The notes below the pieces were generated by a model that worked only from the letters and a program-made list of their open reading frames with translations, had not been told where the DNA came from and ran no database searches. Of a stretch of DNA of 64,000 nt, positions 40,788 through 59,557 are shown piece by piece (position 1 is the stretch's first letter; each line of letters starts with the position of its first letter). Made by a program: the position numbers and the translations under genes. This stretch comes from Camelus ferus (lineage: Eukaryota). The stretch covers positions 30,506,001-30,570,000 of the forward strand of contig NC_045705.1 of the NCBI RefSeq assembly GCF_009834535.1, read 5' to 3'.

Positions 40788-42322
40788 CTACTCAATAGGG
40801 AAACCCCCAAAAGAGTAACTATCACTCAACAGTCAGACCTCGGTACAGCTTCCACGTCCCAGCACATGTGTTCCCTCCCCTGCGATGTCCTCTTCTCTTA
40901 TTCAGGTCAACTCCTATGCATCCCCAGATATGACATTACCCAGGAAATTTCCCCCACTCCATATAGAATTCACCACTCTCTCTATGCTGTCCTGTGCCTT
41001 GTCCTCACTTCTACAAGTGTGCTTTGACATTCTGTGGTCATTTGTTTGCATGTCTGTCTGTCCTGCCAGATTAAGTTCTTCAAGGACAAGAATGTATTTC
41101 GCTCATTTCTCAATTTCCAGCACTAACACTTAGTCCTTAGTCAGTTTACTGAGTGGCTTGATGAATAAATGAGTTTCTGTACCTAGAAAATAGGAGTAAA
41201 TTGTGGAGTTGTGGGGAGGTCCTTCTAGGTCCCTGTTCTCCTGGGCCCTTCACTCAGAGTCCTGGCCCAAGTCCTGCTTACTTCTGTGGGCAGCTGCATT
41301 CTAATGCAGCAATCCTGAGATTCTCAACCAGAAGTGGGGACGGGAAATGCAGGCAGTTCCCTCCCATCCCTGGGGTATATATACATCAAAAACCCCAGGA
41401 GAAACTTGTAGATTGAAAAAATAATTCAATATAATCTTACAGTTTACATTTGGACTATGGGGAAAAAATGCCTATCATTAAGTAAAGCCAGACAAAAACT
41501 TATCGTCTGGCAGGATATAGTACAGAATGTAGACAGAGTGGATATTTGTCAAAAAGGGACAAAGATTTTGAAATGATTGAGAATCCTTGTTTTGGTGCCA
41601 GGCTTGGTGTATTTTTTTTCCTTCCTTGAATTATCTTACAGGGTTAGAACTCTTAAAAAAAAAAATAAGACAGCCAATACTAATTAAAATAATTAGAAGT
41701 AACATATGTTGAGTGCCAGATATGGTGCTGATGCTTTGCGTAAATTTCAGGAGGATGCTATTACTACACTCATTTATTTCACAGGTAAGTGAAGCTTAGA
41801 GAAGTTCAGAATCTTTTTCAAATTGCATAGTTACTTAATGACACAGGCAGAACTTGAACCCACAGAGCTGGCACGTTGGAGGTACTCAATAAACACTCAC
41901 TGACTGGCTAGGTGCCTCAAAACTCTGGCTCTCAGCCACTCCACCCTCTGTAAGTGAGCTGCCTGAGCTTGGATGCTGGGACCACAGCATCAATTGGGGA
42001 ACTTGTAAAAATAACATATTCCCTGCCCAACCCTCAGGAGGCAGATTCTTTATATCCAGGGTCCAGGAATGTGCATTAACAAATTCAACAGCTGACTCTG
42101 TACACTGCTGTTTGAGAGCCACTCCTTTGAATGCTAGAACACAGGCGTGTGGGTCAGGAGCAGCAGGGCACGTGGTGGCAAGGTTTCGGTGTATAAGAAT
42201 CACCCCTATAATGAGCTTTCATAGCACACCTGTTCAGTAGCACCGAGGGCTGAGGCTGCTGACGCAGAACCCCAAGGAAACACCCATCAAGGAGGTTTAG
42301 TTACCTCTCTCTTGAGCCATAC

Positions 42323-42431
42323 CTGTGTGAGAGCAAAGGGGTGGGACACGTGGCTGACCAAGACCTGCCGGAGCTTCCCGCTGAGGTCAGCACTTTCAAT
42401 CCTGTCCAAGTGTGCATCCACCCAATAGATC
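42323..42431 (-). CDS. LRP4: LRP4 exon 31, beta-propeller 4
   Basis: [36 protein letters not shown]; 109 nt. Confidence 0.95.
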
Positions 42432-42703
42432 CTGTGAAAGAAAAGAGGAAAGGTAGCTGCTGAAAACACCTCCCTGGGAGCCCAGCCCTTCCCTTTAAGG
42501 ATCTCTCTGTCCTCTCCTGAGCAGAACTGGAAGGCGCTGTGAGCAGTCAAGGTGACTTGATGAGAGGTCATTGGGAGTCCCTAAGCTGAAGAGTGAAATT
42601 TGGTTGGTGATTCATAAGTGGGGAGGCCAGGGCTGTTCTGGGGAAGCATAGAAAGTCTAGTGACCTCAAAGGAGCTACCGCCTAGTCTCATCTTCAGGAA
42701 TTT

Positions 42704-42836
42704 TTGCTTGTTTTTTGGTGGGGAGGTAATTAGGTTTATTTATTTACTTATTTATTTTAATTGAAGTACTGGGGATCGAACCCAGGACCTTGTGCATGCT
42801 AAGCATGAGCTCTACCACCGACCTATACCCTCCCCG
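42704..42836 (-). mobile_element. tRNA-derived SINE (vic-1-like)
   Basis: gtactggggatcgaacccaggaccttgtgcatgctaagc; diverged TSD cat(c/t)ttcag(g/c)aattt. Confidence 0.85.
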
Positions 42837-43371
42837 CATTTTCAGCAATTTGATCACTCTTTGACTCCTACCCAGGAATCTAAGCCCAAATTCTTATGAA
42901 CATCCTTCAAGAGGAGACTCAGTCTACAAACAGCTCAGTGAAGTTAAAGGAAGAGGGCATTTCTCTTATTAGTCCAATTCTCCAGGTGACTTTGATTCCC
43001 TTCCCTGCTTCTGAGAGTGGAAAGGGGAATCAACTGTTTCAGAGCCCCTTCCTCCCTCTTCTCCTGCCCTCCAGGATTTTTAATCTAGACCAGGAGTTGA
43101 AAATTCCAGTACCTGATAGGATCAGGAGAGTAACAAATGTGAAAAATCAGCCCTTAAATGGATGGGACGGTAGTGGGATCTGTGGTCCAGCCAGAGAATA
43201 TGCTCTGCTAAAGGCACTCAAATGAAAACCGTGTAAGCCAGATAAACAAAACCCACCTGAGAGTTAAGTGCTGGATTCAGCAACCCTGTTCCAAGAATAT
43301 GTTCCTTCATCCTTCTCTCTGCTTGCTCATCCTCACTTGCCAAGGAGCTTTCTACCTTTTTGTTTTCACTA

Positions 43372-43665
<294 letters not shown>

Positions 43666-43737
43666 CTAGGCACCTTTCAAAGGCCTCTTCACCAGGCCTT
43701 TCTTCCCTGGGTCTCTTTTCTGCTGGCCCCAAACTCA

Positions 43738-44019
<282 letters not shown>

Positions 44020-45001
44020 TTAATGCAGGTTCCCGTAATTGGATTCCCACTACACTGTAAGCCCATAAGGGCAGAGACCAAGTGTTTACAAGTACATTCC
44101 ACAGCATGTAGCACAGCAGGTATTCAAAATATTTACAGAATTAATGAATAAATTATTGGGAGGTCAGAGTGTTTCCTGCTATAAGTCGGGGGCATTTGGG
44201 CCCACGTCTTGCCAGAGGACAGGATAAGAAACCCCAAATACCTTAAGGCAGAGACAAAGATTGGTAGGTGGTGATTATAAGAAAGGGCAGATTTTTCAAA
44301 ATCTATCTGTGCATTTTTATATAAGTCCTACACCAGGGAATTCAACCTCAGGATGGGGGGCATGTCACAGACACAGGGGGGCTTCTCTAAACTACATATG
44401 CCTGCCAGCTCCCAGCACAAGATTCTAATACACCCTCAGGGAGAACAGAAGGGAACACTCCTGTTCTTCCACATGAGAATCTCTGCCACAGTGAAACCTT
44501 CTAACTGGCGGCAGGACTTCATACTCCTCAGCTGCATTGGGGTAAAACATTGAAAGAAGAATAAAAATTCAAATAAGAGAAAAAATATTTAAAAAGCAAA
44601 ACCCAGTACAACCTTGTGAACAACCATAAGCCTCAGCATTTGGCCAGTGTTCCTGTATTATGATTCAGATACATGGTTTAGCTACACGGCCAACTCATCA
44701 ACAAGTCTTAGAAGATCCTTGGAGCTCCTGCAGGGCCCAATGGTAGGGATAGAAGGTTCCAGGGCCCTAGCCTGACTTTATCTGTTAGTTTGTTTTGCAT
44801 ACTGGGCTTCTATTAATCTTTAAATAAACCAAAAAGCAAAAGTTTGAGACTTTGCTATAACTGATAACACTACAAAGCAAGCGTCGCTGTCTGAACTCAC
44901 TATCCAAGTCATCGACTCACTCAGTCTGTTTAGAGGTCAAGACAGACCATACCCTCACCCATCAGAGATCGGAAGCAGGTCTATGCCCTCTGGAGGTTTC
45001 A

Positions 45002-45562
<561 letters not shown>

Positions 45563-45647
45563 TTAGGCAGGCCCCTGCCTCCCAGGTTGTAAAGGACTCT
45601 CTGTCCTCTGGATATATCTCAAATGTTGAGATATGCCCAGAAAGTCA

Positions 45648-46025
<378 letters not shown>

Positions 46026-46029
46026 TCAC

Positions 46030-46192
46030 CTCAGTGTGGGCATCAGCCCAGAGCAGTTGGGAGCTGGCCTTATCCACAGTCAGTCCGTTGGGCCACCCTA
46101 GGTTGTTGTTAATGAGCACAGTACGGTCTGAGCCATCCATTCCAGACCGTTCTAATTTGGCATTGTCCCCCCAGTCTGTCCAGTACATGAAC
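46030..46192 (-). CDS. LRP4: LRP4 exon 26, beta-propeller 3
   Basis: [20 protein letters not shown]...LLWADAHTE; 163 nt. Confidence 0.96.
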
Positions 46193-46819
46193 CTGGGCAA
46201 GGAAGAATACTACCTGGTTATTTCCACAGCTCCTGTATTCTGTGAGCACTTATAATATGCCAAACACTGTGAAAAGTTTTTTATATGCACAAAAGGGAGT
46301 TGTTTAATAAAATATATTTAGATTTGCAAGACGAAATAGTTCTGGAGATCTATTTGACAATGGTATAAATACACTTAACACTACTGAACTGTATACTGAA
46401 AAATCATTAAGATGTTAAATTTAACGTTATGTTTCTTACAGTTAAAAAAAGTACTTTCTAAGCATTTTCTCATTTAATTCTCACAAGGACCATATGGCAT
46501 GTATTTTCACTGTCACCTCCATTTTACAGGTAAGAAAGCTGAGGACTGAGGATTGAGAAGGTTAAATACTGGACCCAAAAAGACATGCAGCTAACAAATG
46601 GTGAAGACATTTGAATCCTGGATTTCTAATTCTAAGGCTCATGCTTGTAACCTCTACACTATACTGCCACCGTGAAAGAAGTCACAAGGGACGAGCCCCA
46701 GGGAGGGCAGTCTCGGTACTCCTGTGAAGCACGCTTGCTCTCCATTGCCCACTTCATCCCGTCTATAGTCCCTGCTGAGCCAGCCCAACCTGCCGCCCAG
46801 AGCCACAGAGCTGCTCTCA

Positions 46820-47002
<183 letters not shown>

Positions 47003-47030
47003 TCAAGAGAGCACACTGGCTCTTGCCTTA

Positions 47031-47366
<336 letters not shown>

Positions 47367-47442
47367 TTATAACCAAAGAGAAAGCACTGTAGAGACGGGG
47401 AAGGGGCTGTGCCAGAGGGAACAGGGAGCCCCCAGACTCTTA

Positions 47443-47676
<234 letters not shown>

Positions 47677-48520
47677 TCAGGTCAGGAGAGAAGGAAAGAG
47701 GACAGTCACCCTAGCCATGAAGAGGATTTGGAGTAAGGCAAACTGAAGCTCACGCCCTGTTTCCAGTTTCTAGTTGTGTGATCCTGGACAAATTATTTAA
47801 ATTGTTTAAGCCTCAGTTTTATCATCTGTAAAATGAGGACAATAACAGGGTGCCTATATGAATAAAAGAGATCACATACAGAAAGCCTTTAGCCTTGGGT
47901 CTGATACGTAGTCATAAATGACAGCTCTTTATTAACATCACGGAAGTGAATCTCTTTGAGGGACCTTTTACCGTGAAGTTTAAGAATCTTCATGTTAAGT
48001 GAAGGAGGGTTTTACCCATAACCTGGGAGGTACAATTCATAGCTCCTTTCTTACTCAAATTTCCTAGGAAGTTAGAGTTCAAATGCAGCCTACCATGTGG
48101 CATCCCCTAGGGAGAAACATCAACTTCCAACATCTGGGCAGCTATGTCCTGCTTCTGAGACTTTTCAGTTAAGGTTGTCACAAAGGTTGTACTGGTTGTG
48201 CATACTTACAAAGGTGCCATTTCCAAGGGAGATACTATTACATTGTAGGCATCATATGTTTTAATATTTATTATACCAATTTTGGGCAGATGGAGCTGAA
48301 GTTTGTTCTACTGAATCAGTATATTATGACAATTTCACAACAGATGAACGTAAATTGTTTAAGAGGGGAGCATCTTTTTCTAATATATGTGAAGACACCA
48401 TGAGAATTACTTGGACCCTGCTTCTAACCCTGTCTATCTGCTCCCCTGGACCTCTTCTTTTTCCTAAAAGTTTTGTCTATCCCCTAAGCCTCTAGAAGCA
48501 CCAGGACTCATGCTTTCTCA

Positions 48521-48760
<240 letters not shown>

Positions 48761-48825
48761 TCAATGGGGAGGAGTACGGCAGAGGGAAGCCGAGGAGAAG
48801 CCAGTGTGGGCCAAGGGCTGCTCAC

Positions 48826-49015
48826 CCGGGGGCCGCCGGCGGTGGAACACGTGGATGTCCATGAGGTTTTCCAAGTTCTCCTGCAGGGTCTCCCGGTCCA
48901 GCCCCGTTAGCCGGTCGGCACTCTGTATACTCTTGGTCTGCCAGTCAGTCCAATAGATGCGCTCGCCATAGAGGGTCAGTCCAAATGGGTGGGGCAGCTG
49001 GCTTCCAATCAGCAC
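48826..49015 (-). CDS. LRP4: LRP4 exon 21, beta-propeller 2
   Basis: [25 protein letters not shown]...HRRRPP; 190 nt. Confidence 0.96.
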
Positions 49016-49249
49016 CTGCCAGGGCCCCAGCACTTGTGTCATCCCCCAGCAAGGTTTGATAGTACAGAGTAGTGGCCAAGCGCTCAGGTGAGGATGCAGA
49101 ATGCAGCTCTGCCAGGACCACCTGCTGTGTGACCTTGAGCAAGAGCTGGTGATAAAATCTCTCAGAGCCTTGGTCTGCCAATCTGTGATATGATCATGAC
49201 AATGTCTGGCTCCAAGTGTTGTGTGATGACTGTAAAAATCATGTATTAT

Positions 49250-50060
49250 TTACATAACCTCACAGTATCTCTGCACAACTTACTTAGTAATTACAAAAGG
49301 GAAAATAGCAATTTTACAGTGGACACTATCTTAACCACACAATCAAATTTAGTATCACAATGATGGGACAAGCTGACATCTGTGGTTACTGATAAAACAC
49401 AATGAGAACTCAGGACACGACTTCACTTAATGTAGTATTCCTGTTCCCAGTGCATAATCTGAATCTAATCACAAGGAAACATCAGACAAATTGAGGGACA
49501 TTCTACAAAATAACTGGCATTTACTCTTTAAAAATACAAAGATCAAGAAAGACATAGAAAGGTCGAGGAAATGTTCCAGATTAGAAATTAAAGAGACATG
49601 ATTACTAAAAACAGTTGTGATCTGGGATTGGATCCTGGTCTAAAAAAGAAAAAAGAAAAAAAAAAAAGCTGTAAAGGACATTACTGGGGCAATTGGTGGT
49701 GAAATTGAATATGGACTGTGGATTAGATAGTTAATATTATATCAATGTTAAATTTCCTGATTTTGATCATTGCATCATTGCACTGTGATTATATAAGACA
49801 ATGTTCTTGTTCTTAGGGAATATGCACTGGAATATTTTGGGTTCAATGGCAAGATGTCTCTAATTTAATCTCAGATGGTTCAGAAAAATAATATGTGTGT
49901 ATATGTGTGTGTTTGTGTGTGTGTGTGTGTGTATGTGTACAGAGGGAGAGAAAGAGAGAGGAAATGAGAATGGTATAACAAAGTGTCAAAATGTTAGTTA
50001 TTGGTTCTTTTGACTACTCTTAAAACTTTTCTGTAAGTTTGACAAATAAATAATAAAAAC
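49250..50060 (+). mobile_element. Old L1 (L1MC/ME-like) 3' UTR with (TG)n tract
   Basis: aaacatcagacaaattgagggacattctacaaaataactgg; TG repeat at ~49894-49938. Confidence 0.7.
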
Positions 50061-50344
50061 AGAGAGAGAGAAGTCGTGGGCCCAGGATGCTGCCGGTGAT
50101 CAATGTGAGTTGTGATGGTTATTAGAAAAGCACTTATGTCCACAATCCACATGATCCCTAGTGTCCTTTCATCACCAAGCAGCAGGGCCCCTGGGCTCTA
50201 AAGGGCAGCCACAGTCTCAGAGAAACTGCATACATCCCATACTTGGTCAGCCTTAGGTCCCCCAGCACCTGTCACCTGCCAGCTGGGAAGTGTTGCCTTG
50301 GAGGCTGTCAGGGCTGTGGGAGGATGCCTTAGCGCCACTCTTAC

Positions 50345-50546
50345 CTTCCTCTTGCTGCCATCCAGTCCAGCAAATTCAATCGTCTTCATGCCAGCATCAG
50401 CCCAGTATAGCCGCTGGGACCCGTAGTCAATGGCTAATCCATTAGGCCAAGTCAGATTAGAAGAGATGATGACCTGGCGGCCTGAGGCATCCATGCCAGC
50501 TCTTTCAATCTTGGGGCTTGCACCCCAGTCTGTCCAATACATGTAC
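50345..50546 (-). CDS. LRP4: LRP4 exon 20, beta-propeller 2
   Basis: [19 protein letters not shown]...LYWADAG...DGSKRK; 202 nt. Confidence 0.96.
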
Positions 50547-51267
50547 CTGGGCACAGGCAAGGGATGTCTTACAACCCTTCCAGTTAATACTCAGTGGGGA
50601 TTCAGGGTTCTAGGGTTTAACGGTTTTTGCTTGCGGTAGCTACCCCAGCCTCTTGTCTCAGTTCCCAGCCTCCTAAAAGTCTGATATTTTATATCACTAT
50701 CAGAAAGTACCCCAGGGTCTTAAATGCTTCCTTGATTGGATGGGCTAAATAATTATGGTACATCAACAACAGAAATCGATATAACTATCAAGGAGAACAA
50801 AATAGATCTATATAAAAAAAATAGAAAGATACCCAAGATATACAGCCAAGTGAAAAAACCAAGTTACAGAACAATATGCCATTGCTATAAAACCAAAACC
50901 ACCACCACCACTACATATATATAAACACATAGAAGAAAATCTGGAAAAAAATACCATAAACTATTAACAACGGTTCCTGTTGGAGAGTGAGATTATAGGG
51001 AATCTTCACTTTCTAGAAACTTAATTGTTTCTTAAACAATGAATACTTTTGCAACAGACAAAAAAAGAAAAGAAAGAAAGAAAGAAATGTAAAGGTTTCC
51101 TGTCCACGAAGGAGACGGAGTTGTCACGATGCTCTGTGGTTTTTATAGCTTCCCTTTCTTCCTTGGTGCACCCATGAGATCTAGCCACTCTCTCTAAACT
51201 CCAGATTCTCCTCTAGTACTCAGATCTGGGGGTGGGGTGGAGCTTGTTCCAAAGGGGCAGGAGCTCA

Positions 51268-51420
<153 letters not shown>

Positions 51421-51595
51421 TCACCCTCTTACCTTCCATATCCAGCACAGAGCTTGGCATGCTATAGACGCTCAAGAAATAACTTTGTAATAAATGCACA
51501 AAGGATATTTAGTGAATTAAATTTTGATCAGTTCCATTTCTTGGAAGAGCAAGATCTCCTCAATCCAAGCAACCCACTCTGTCCTATAATTTAAG

Positions 51596-51782
51596 GCAAT
51601 GTTTCTCAAACTTTATTGTGCATAAGAACCAAAAGTGCTTGTGAAAATACAGATTCCCAAACCTAACCCCCAAAGATTCTGATTCAGCAGGTCTCCTGGG
51701 AGGCCCAGGAATCTGCATTTCTAACAAGTTCCCAGGTGATTCTGATGATGCTGGTTCAGGGACCACACTTTGAGTAGCTCTG
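51596..51782. mobile_element. MER5A-like hAT MITE
   Basis: gtttctcaaactt...ggcccaggaatctgcatttctaacaagttcccaggtgattctgatg...ccacactttgag. Confidence 0.85.
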
Positions 51783-52139
51783 GTTTAAGGCACTCCACTT
51801 GCCTCCCATACTTAGCTGGCTAATAGAAAACGCGTCTTTTACCAAGACAGTGATGGAAGGAAAACCACAGGGCATAGATTCCTTATTTGAAATGCCTCAA
51901 AACATTCTCAGTCATCAGCTGCATAACAGAAGCAGCTGCCATTTGAATGGCAAATGCCAAACCCTCAGATGTGAGCTTCTAGCTTCAGCTCTGCAGCAGC
52001 CCGACTACCCCTGACCTACCAAGGATTCCAGGTCAAGACTGAAATGGTCTGGGAGGGGCACTGGGCCCCTTCTACCTGAGGCCAGGGTTTTAAATAAGAG
52101 GAATCCTAAGGAGCCAGGGTATAGCTGCCCTCTGCATAC

Positions 52140-52221
52140 CTGCATCTGTCCAGTATAGCTTGTTGGTGACCCAATCAATGGCCAGGCCTGCTGGGCTCTC
52201 CAAACTGGTATCCACTACCAC
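52140..52221 (-). CDS. LRP4: LRP4 exon 18, beta-propeller 2
   Basis: [27 protein letters not shown]; 82 nt. Confidence 0.95.
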
Positions 52222-52246
52222 CTAGGCAGGAAGCAAAGCTGTATCA

Positions 52247-52606
<360 letters not shown>

Positions 52607-54207
52607 TCAAAGGCCGAAAGGGGTCTTCTTTTAATGCTCTAAATCCAATAACAGTGACAGACACAGACGCTCACCTGTGTGACATCTGGTTCAATCATAC
52701 TTCCTGGGATCTGGTGCCCTTTGTCCCCTACTCTTCACATCTGGGGACCCCTTCGAGCATCAGGCAGCCCGTGCTGGCAGAATCAGACTTTAGGATCCAA
52801 TATAAGGGCCCAGAAATGCATCGTGTTTAAGTGTCTGTCAGCTTCATCTCAACTTCTCTCTCCTCTTTATTCAGTCTCCGGTGTACTGGCTAGATCACCG
52901 TCAGCCTCCACTCTACCTCTCTGTCTGCACTGTCTGCTTCAGGACCTCTGCTCTGTTCTGCCATCTAGATCCCTTCCTCTTGCTCTTCTCTTCCCAGCTT
53001 CAGCCAATAATGACCACTGCTGAGCACTTCCTCCTTGCCAGGCACTGAGCTTGGTGCTTTTCTTGCCTTGTCTCCTTTACCCTCCCAACAGCCCTTTGTG
53101 GTTCATGCTATTCTTATTCTCATTTTCTAGATAAGCAATCCTGAGGCTAATGGAGGCCAAGTAAGTGGCCCGGCATCCCATGGCTACAAAGCTCCGGAGC
53201 AGGGACTTGAACTCAGGTCTGACTCCAGAGACGAAGCTCTGCCCACAGCCCTACACAGCTTTCTCCCAGCTGGCTGCTCTTCACCCCCTGCCCCTCTCCT
53301 GGTCTGTCTGAATATTTCCCAGTATACTTTTCTGCCTGGAAAGGCACTTCCTGCCTAACTTTACCATCTGCTTTTAAGCTCTGGGAAGCCTTTAAGAATA
53401 TAGGAAGAGCTGGGCACAAAAGAATGCAAGGAAATGTGGTTCTCAATCAACGTGTGTTGAATGACTATTGTCCCTGTTCCTCTGAATGGTTTCCCTAATT
53501 TCAAGATCTCAAGAGAGATCTGATTTTAACCAGAGATAAGAGGGTCTGTGGGCATACAGCAGTAAGTGAGAAGAGCTACAATGTGTGAAGAATTCTTCTG
53601 GCCACTTACAGGTCATGCCATCCATCTGGATCACTTCTCTCTGGACTATTAGGAAAAATCACCTGTGCCTCTGAGCTAGACAGGGCCACTAAGCTAGACA
53701 AGGTCACACTCTTGAGGCAATACCTTTGTAGGGGCTCAAAGGAAGCCAAAGTAGCAGATCAGGAAATTCCATTATCTTTCACCCACCAGACACTTATTTA
53801 TCCAGGGCCCATGTGTACACAGCATCATCAGAAGTCCTAATCTCAGCTCTCTGGTTTAATAGGGTGAGGCTAAAGGTAAACAGCTAGGAATCCATTCCTC
53901 TGCTTTCTAGAGGGGCCTAGAACCCTCTTGCTGCCTATAGACAAAGCATCCTTCCTGGTGAAATGATACACAAACCTGATTGTGGGAGTTCATACTTGGC
54001 TGGGTGGTGTCACTGAGCCTTCAGGGACTACTGCTGGGCCCTCAGCCCTCGGCTTTGACATTGGAGCCCTCAGCCTCTTACATTCTTCCTCTCCAGGGGC
54101 TACCTGAGAAGCCTGGTTCCTCCCCACGACAGGCAATCCCCTGAGCTCCTATCCCTTGTTCCTTCCACCCACCCTCACAAGGCATGTCCATTGAGGCAGT
54201 TGTCCTA

Positions 54208-54345
<138 letters not shown>

Positions 54346-54707
54346 TCAAAAGCCCAAAGCAAGAGGGTCAGTTAAGGCCAAAGATTGGCAGAAGCTGTCC
54401 CAAGGCTAGTGAGTAGGCATTTAGTTAGGGTATGTGATCCCTGAAGGCAGGAACTATGTCTTACTAATTTTCATATCTGCCCCATCTGCGGGCAGAGTGA
54501 ATACCTGACACACAGGAAATGTTTGCATGAATTAGGTGGGGACAGTGAAGCTCAATGAGTCTTTCCTGAGTCTCAATGTTGTACCACCCTAAATGTCCAG
54601 CAGAGGGAGGAATGAGCCCACATCACTGCCAACCTCAAATTTCTCGGCCAGAAACAATGGCAACTGTGACAGGTGCAAGGAAGGTTCTCAGAGGCACTGG
54701 AGGCTCA

Positions 54708-54926
<219 letters not shown>

Positions 54927-54986
54927 TCAGTCTAGACATGGCCTGCCTGGTCCCTGGGCCCAGGCCCAGCAACTGTCCAAATCTCA

Positions 54987-55373
<387 letters not shown>

Positions 55374-56128
55374 TTAACCCAACTTGTAGGAGATACATTC
55401 TGTTTGGTCTAGAGAGTGTTTTTTTTAATGTTTGAATTTAAATGTCTCTAGACAGGGCATATCTGTCTTCGGCTTTGGGAGTGCAGCGGTGAACAAAACA
55501 CAAAATTCCTGACCCTGTGGAATTGACAATATACTAGTGTAATACTACTTAGGACAAGCACTTTCTTCTTTGTTACAGTATCTAACACTGCTTTTTGTAA
55601 TTTTTCACACACACACACACAGTTTCTAAAACAGCTGACCTACAACTGTAGGATCTTAGAGGACACCTCCCCTCCTCAATTGACTGCATTTAATTTTTAA
55701 AAGTTAGAGGCTAAGAACTTCCATTTCAGGAAATCTTTCTCTTAACACTAGAACTTATTCTTAACTTTTATTAATTAGCTCAACCCTATGAACTAATAAA
55801 AATACTAAACACCTACAACTTATCTAATGTGTATTATGCCATTTAAAATGCATCATCTCATTTAATCTTCACACAGTTATGAGGTAGGTATATTTTTCAT
55901 CACCAGTTTAGAAATGAATAAGATGAAGGCAGAGAGAGATTAACTAGCCCAAGGCCACACAGCCAGTTACTGGAGCCGTACATCCAGGTGTGTCAGGGTA
56001 CAGAGCCCAGGCTGTTAATATCACACTGTGAGGATGCCCCTGCCCCAATGAAGTCTGGCCTGGGTGGTCTGGGGACTGTCCCTAGAGGTTGTAAGAGGAA
56101 TTCGGGAGCCTGAGTCACAACTCACTCA

Positions 56129-56362
<234 letters not shown>

Positions 56363-57134
56363 TTACATGAAACAGTTTCTTGGGCCAGCCACTGTTCTAA
56401 CCATTTTATATGCACTAACTCTAATCATCACAACAACTGTGTGAGCAAGGTACTATAATCCCCATGAAGATAAAGAAACTGAGGCATGGAGAATTCAAGT
56501 AACTGTCCAAGGTCATGCATTTCCTCCTCTCAGCCATTCATATTCCACTTCCTAAATTCTGGCTCCCTGACCCACACCAGGGTCCGTGACTGCAGTGGCC
56601 TAGAGGTTTGCAAATTGTGGCTTAGGATCCTGCAGGTGCACATCAGAAGTTCCACAAGCATTTGAGTCAAACGCGCTCAATATCAAATTCTAACTACTTC
56701 ACCTGCTTATAGAATGGCCTGAAATTACAAAGTGAGCTCTTGCTTTTCTAGTCTGCAAACATCTGGATGTATTTATCTGGGTTGATCAGAATATCCCTCA
56801 TACTAAGCCATCAAAACAAAATTCAGAATTAAACTGGATGCAAGGCTGATAGAGAATTGTAACTACCATCCATAAATCTCTGATTTCAAATGGTTACATT
56901 CATCAAAATGGTCTCATTAGTCCATTGACTGAGCTCAATAAGAAGTAAATGTTATAAATCTGAATGTATAAAATATAGACTAACAAATGTTCTCTGTATT
57001 AGAGTTCCATGCAAGATTTCACTGGGATAAGAAGATGTTCTGCTGCCGAGGGTGTGTGGGCACTGGCCTGTTCCTTCTAGGATTGATTTGCACGTGGTGT
57101 GGCTCTACCCCTTCCTCTGAGCCCTCATCCCTAC

Positions 57135-57365
57135 CTGGGCTCTCGAGCCCTGTAGACACAACCTCCTCCACATTGCTGCCATTGAGGTTAGCACGGAGGA
57201 TCCGGTCCAGGGTGACATCTGACCAGAAGACGAGCTCGCGCCGGTGGTGGAAATCAAGGGCGATGGCATTCTCCAGGTTGTTGAGCAGCAGCGTGTACTC
57301 GGAGCGGTGCGGCAGCACCTGCCGGATGTCGATGCGATTGGCAAACAGTAGCACAGGCTCCGGCC
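57135..57365 (-). CDS. LRP4: LRP4 exon 12, beta-propeller 1
   Basis: [23 protein letters not shown]...VFWSDV...STGLESP; 231 nt. Confidence 0.96.
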
Positions 57366-57653
57366 CTGGGACGTGGCATAGAAATGGGGCCCCCACTGGG
57401 CTCCAGAGCTGCCTCCAGCAACCATCAGCATGCACCCCCAGCTCCCAGGGGCCCCTGGCCCCCTAGTGCATGTCCCGAGCTGTCAGCACCAGTACTAAAA
57501 GAGTGGGAGCCTGCAAAGTATACACCTGACTCCAGCAAGGTTTATCTTGGGTCCCAGAACGCAACTCACAGCTCCAATTTACTGAGACGGAAACATCTCT
57601 CTATCTCTCAGCAAATCCCCGAGCGCTGGAGCACCTGGCTGTCTCCATGCTCA

Positions 57654-57836
<183 letters not shown>

Positions 57837-58162
57837 TCAGGAGATCTCTGTCCTGCCACCCTCCCATTCCAACCCCCAAGCCAACTGGCTGCTTTCTTGT
57901 CCACATACCCATCTAATGTCCAGGCCCAGTGGGAAGGTCATATAACAAGTGGTTAAGGGCTTCGAGGTCATGCAGACCTGGGCTGGAATCCCAATTTTGC
58001 TACTCATTGGCTCTGTGGCCTTCAGTAAGTGACTAACCTCTCGGAGCTTCCATTCCCCCGTCTTTGAAATGGGAGGAACAATAATCCCCACCTCCTAGGG
58101 CTACTGTAATATTGAAATGAGGTCAAGCCCATTAAATGCCTGACCCCTGGGGAACACAGCTA

Positions 58163-58738
<576 letters not shown>

Positions 58739-59190
58739 TCATTTTCTAGGGTGAGCGGGAGACAGATGGGACTCAAGGTGGGAGGGTTGGGGTCCAAGGC
58801 AGGAAACAGCTCAGACAGGGCCAGCTGAATGTCTGCATGTGGACACCACAGCGGGATGGTGAGGGGTGTGGGACAGAATAAGAGAGTGTATCCGTGTGTT
58901 GGGCACCAGTGTAGCTAGGGGAGAGGGCCTAGGGGCTGTCAGCCAGAGAGCAGTCCTTGCTCACTAGGCTAGAACGACAGGCACTGGCTGTGTGTGACTA
59001 GAATGTGAGAGGCCATTGATGCTCTCAGCCCTGATATTGTGTTCCAGGCCATGGGGCTGCAGGTCAGCAGATACACCCGGTTTTGACACTGGTAACTGAG
59101 AAGAGCAGGAAAAATCCAGACCACAGGCAAGTTCTGACTAAAGCATCACCTTGGCCCAACTGGAAAGGTAGCAATAACAGCCTCTTTTCA

Positions 59191-59490
<300 letters not shown>

Positions 59491-59557
59491 TCACAGTTGG
59501 TCAACATGGCATTTCTGTGGGAATCAGAAAAAGGTGTCCTTTTCTAAAGACACTTTA

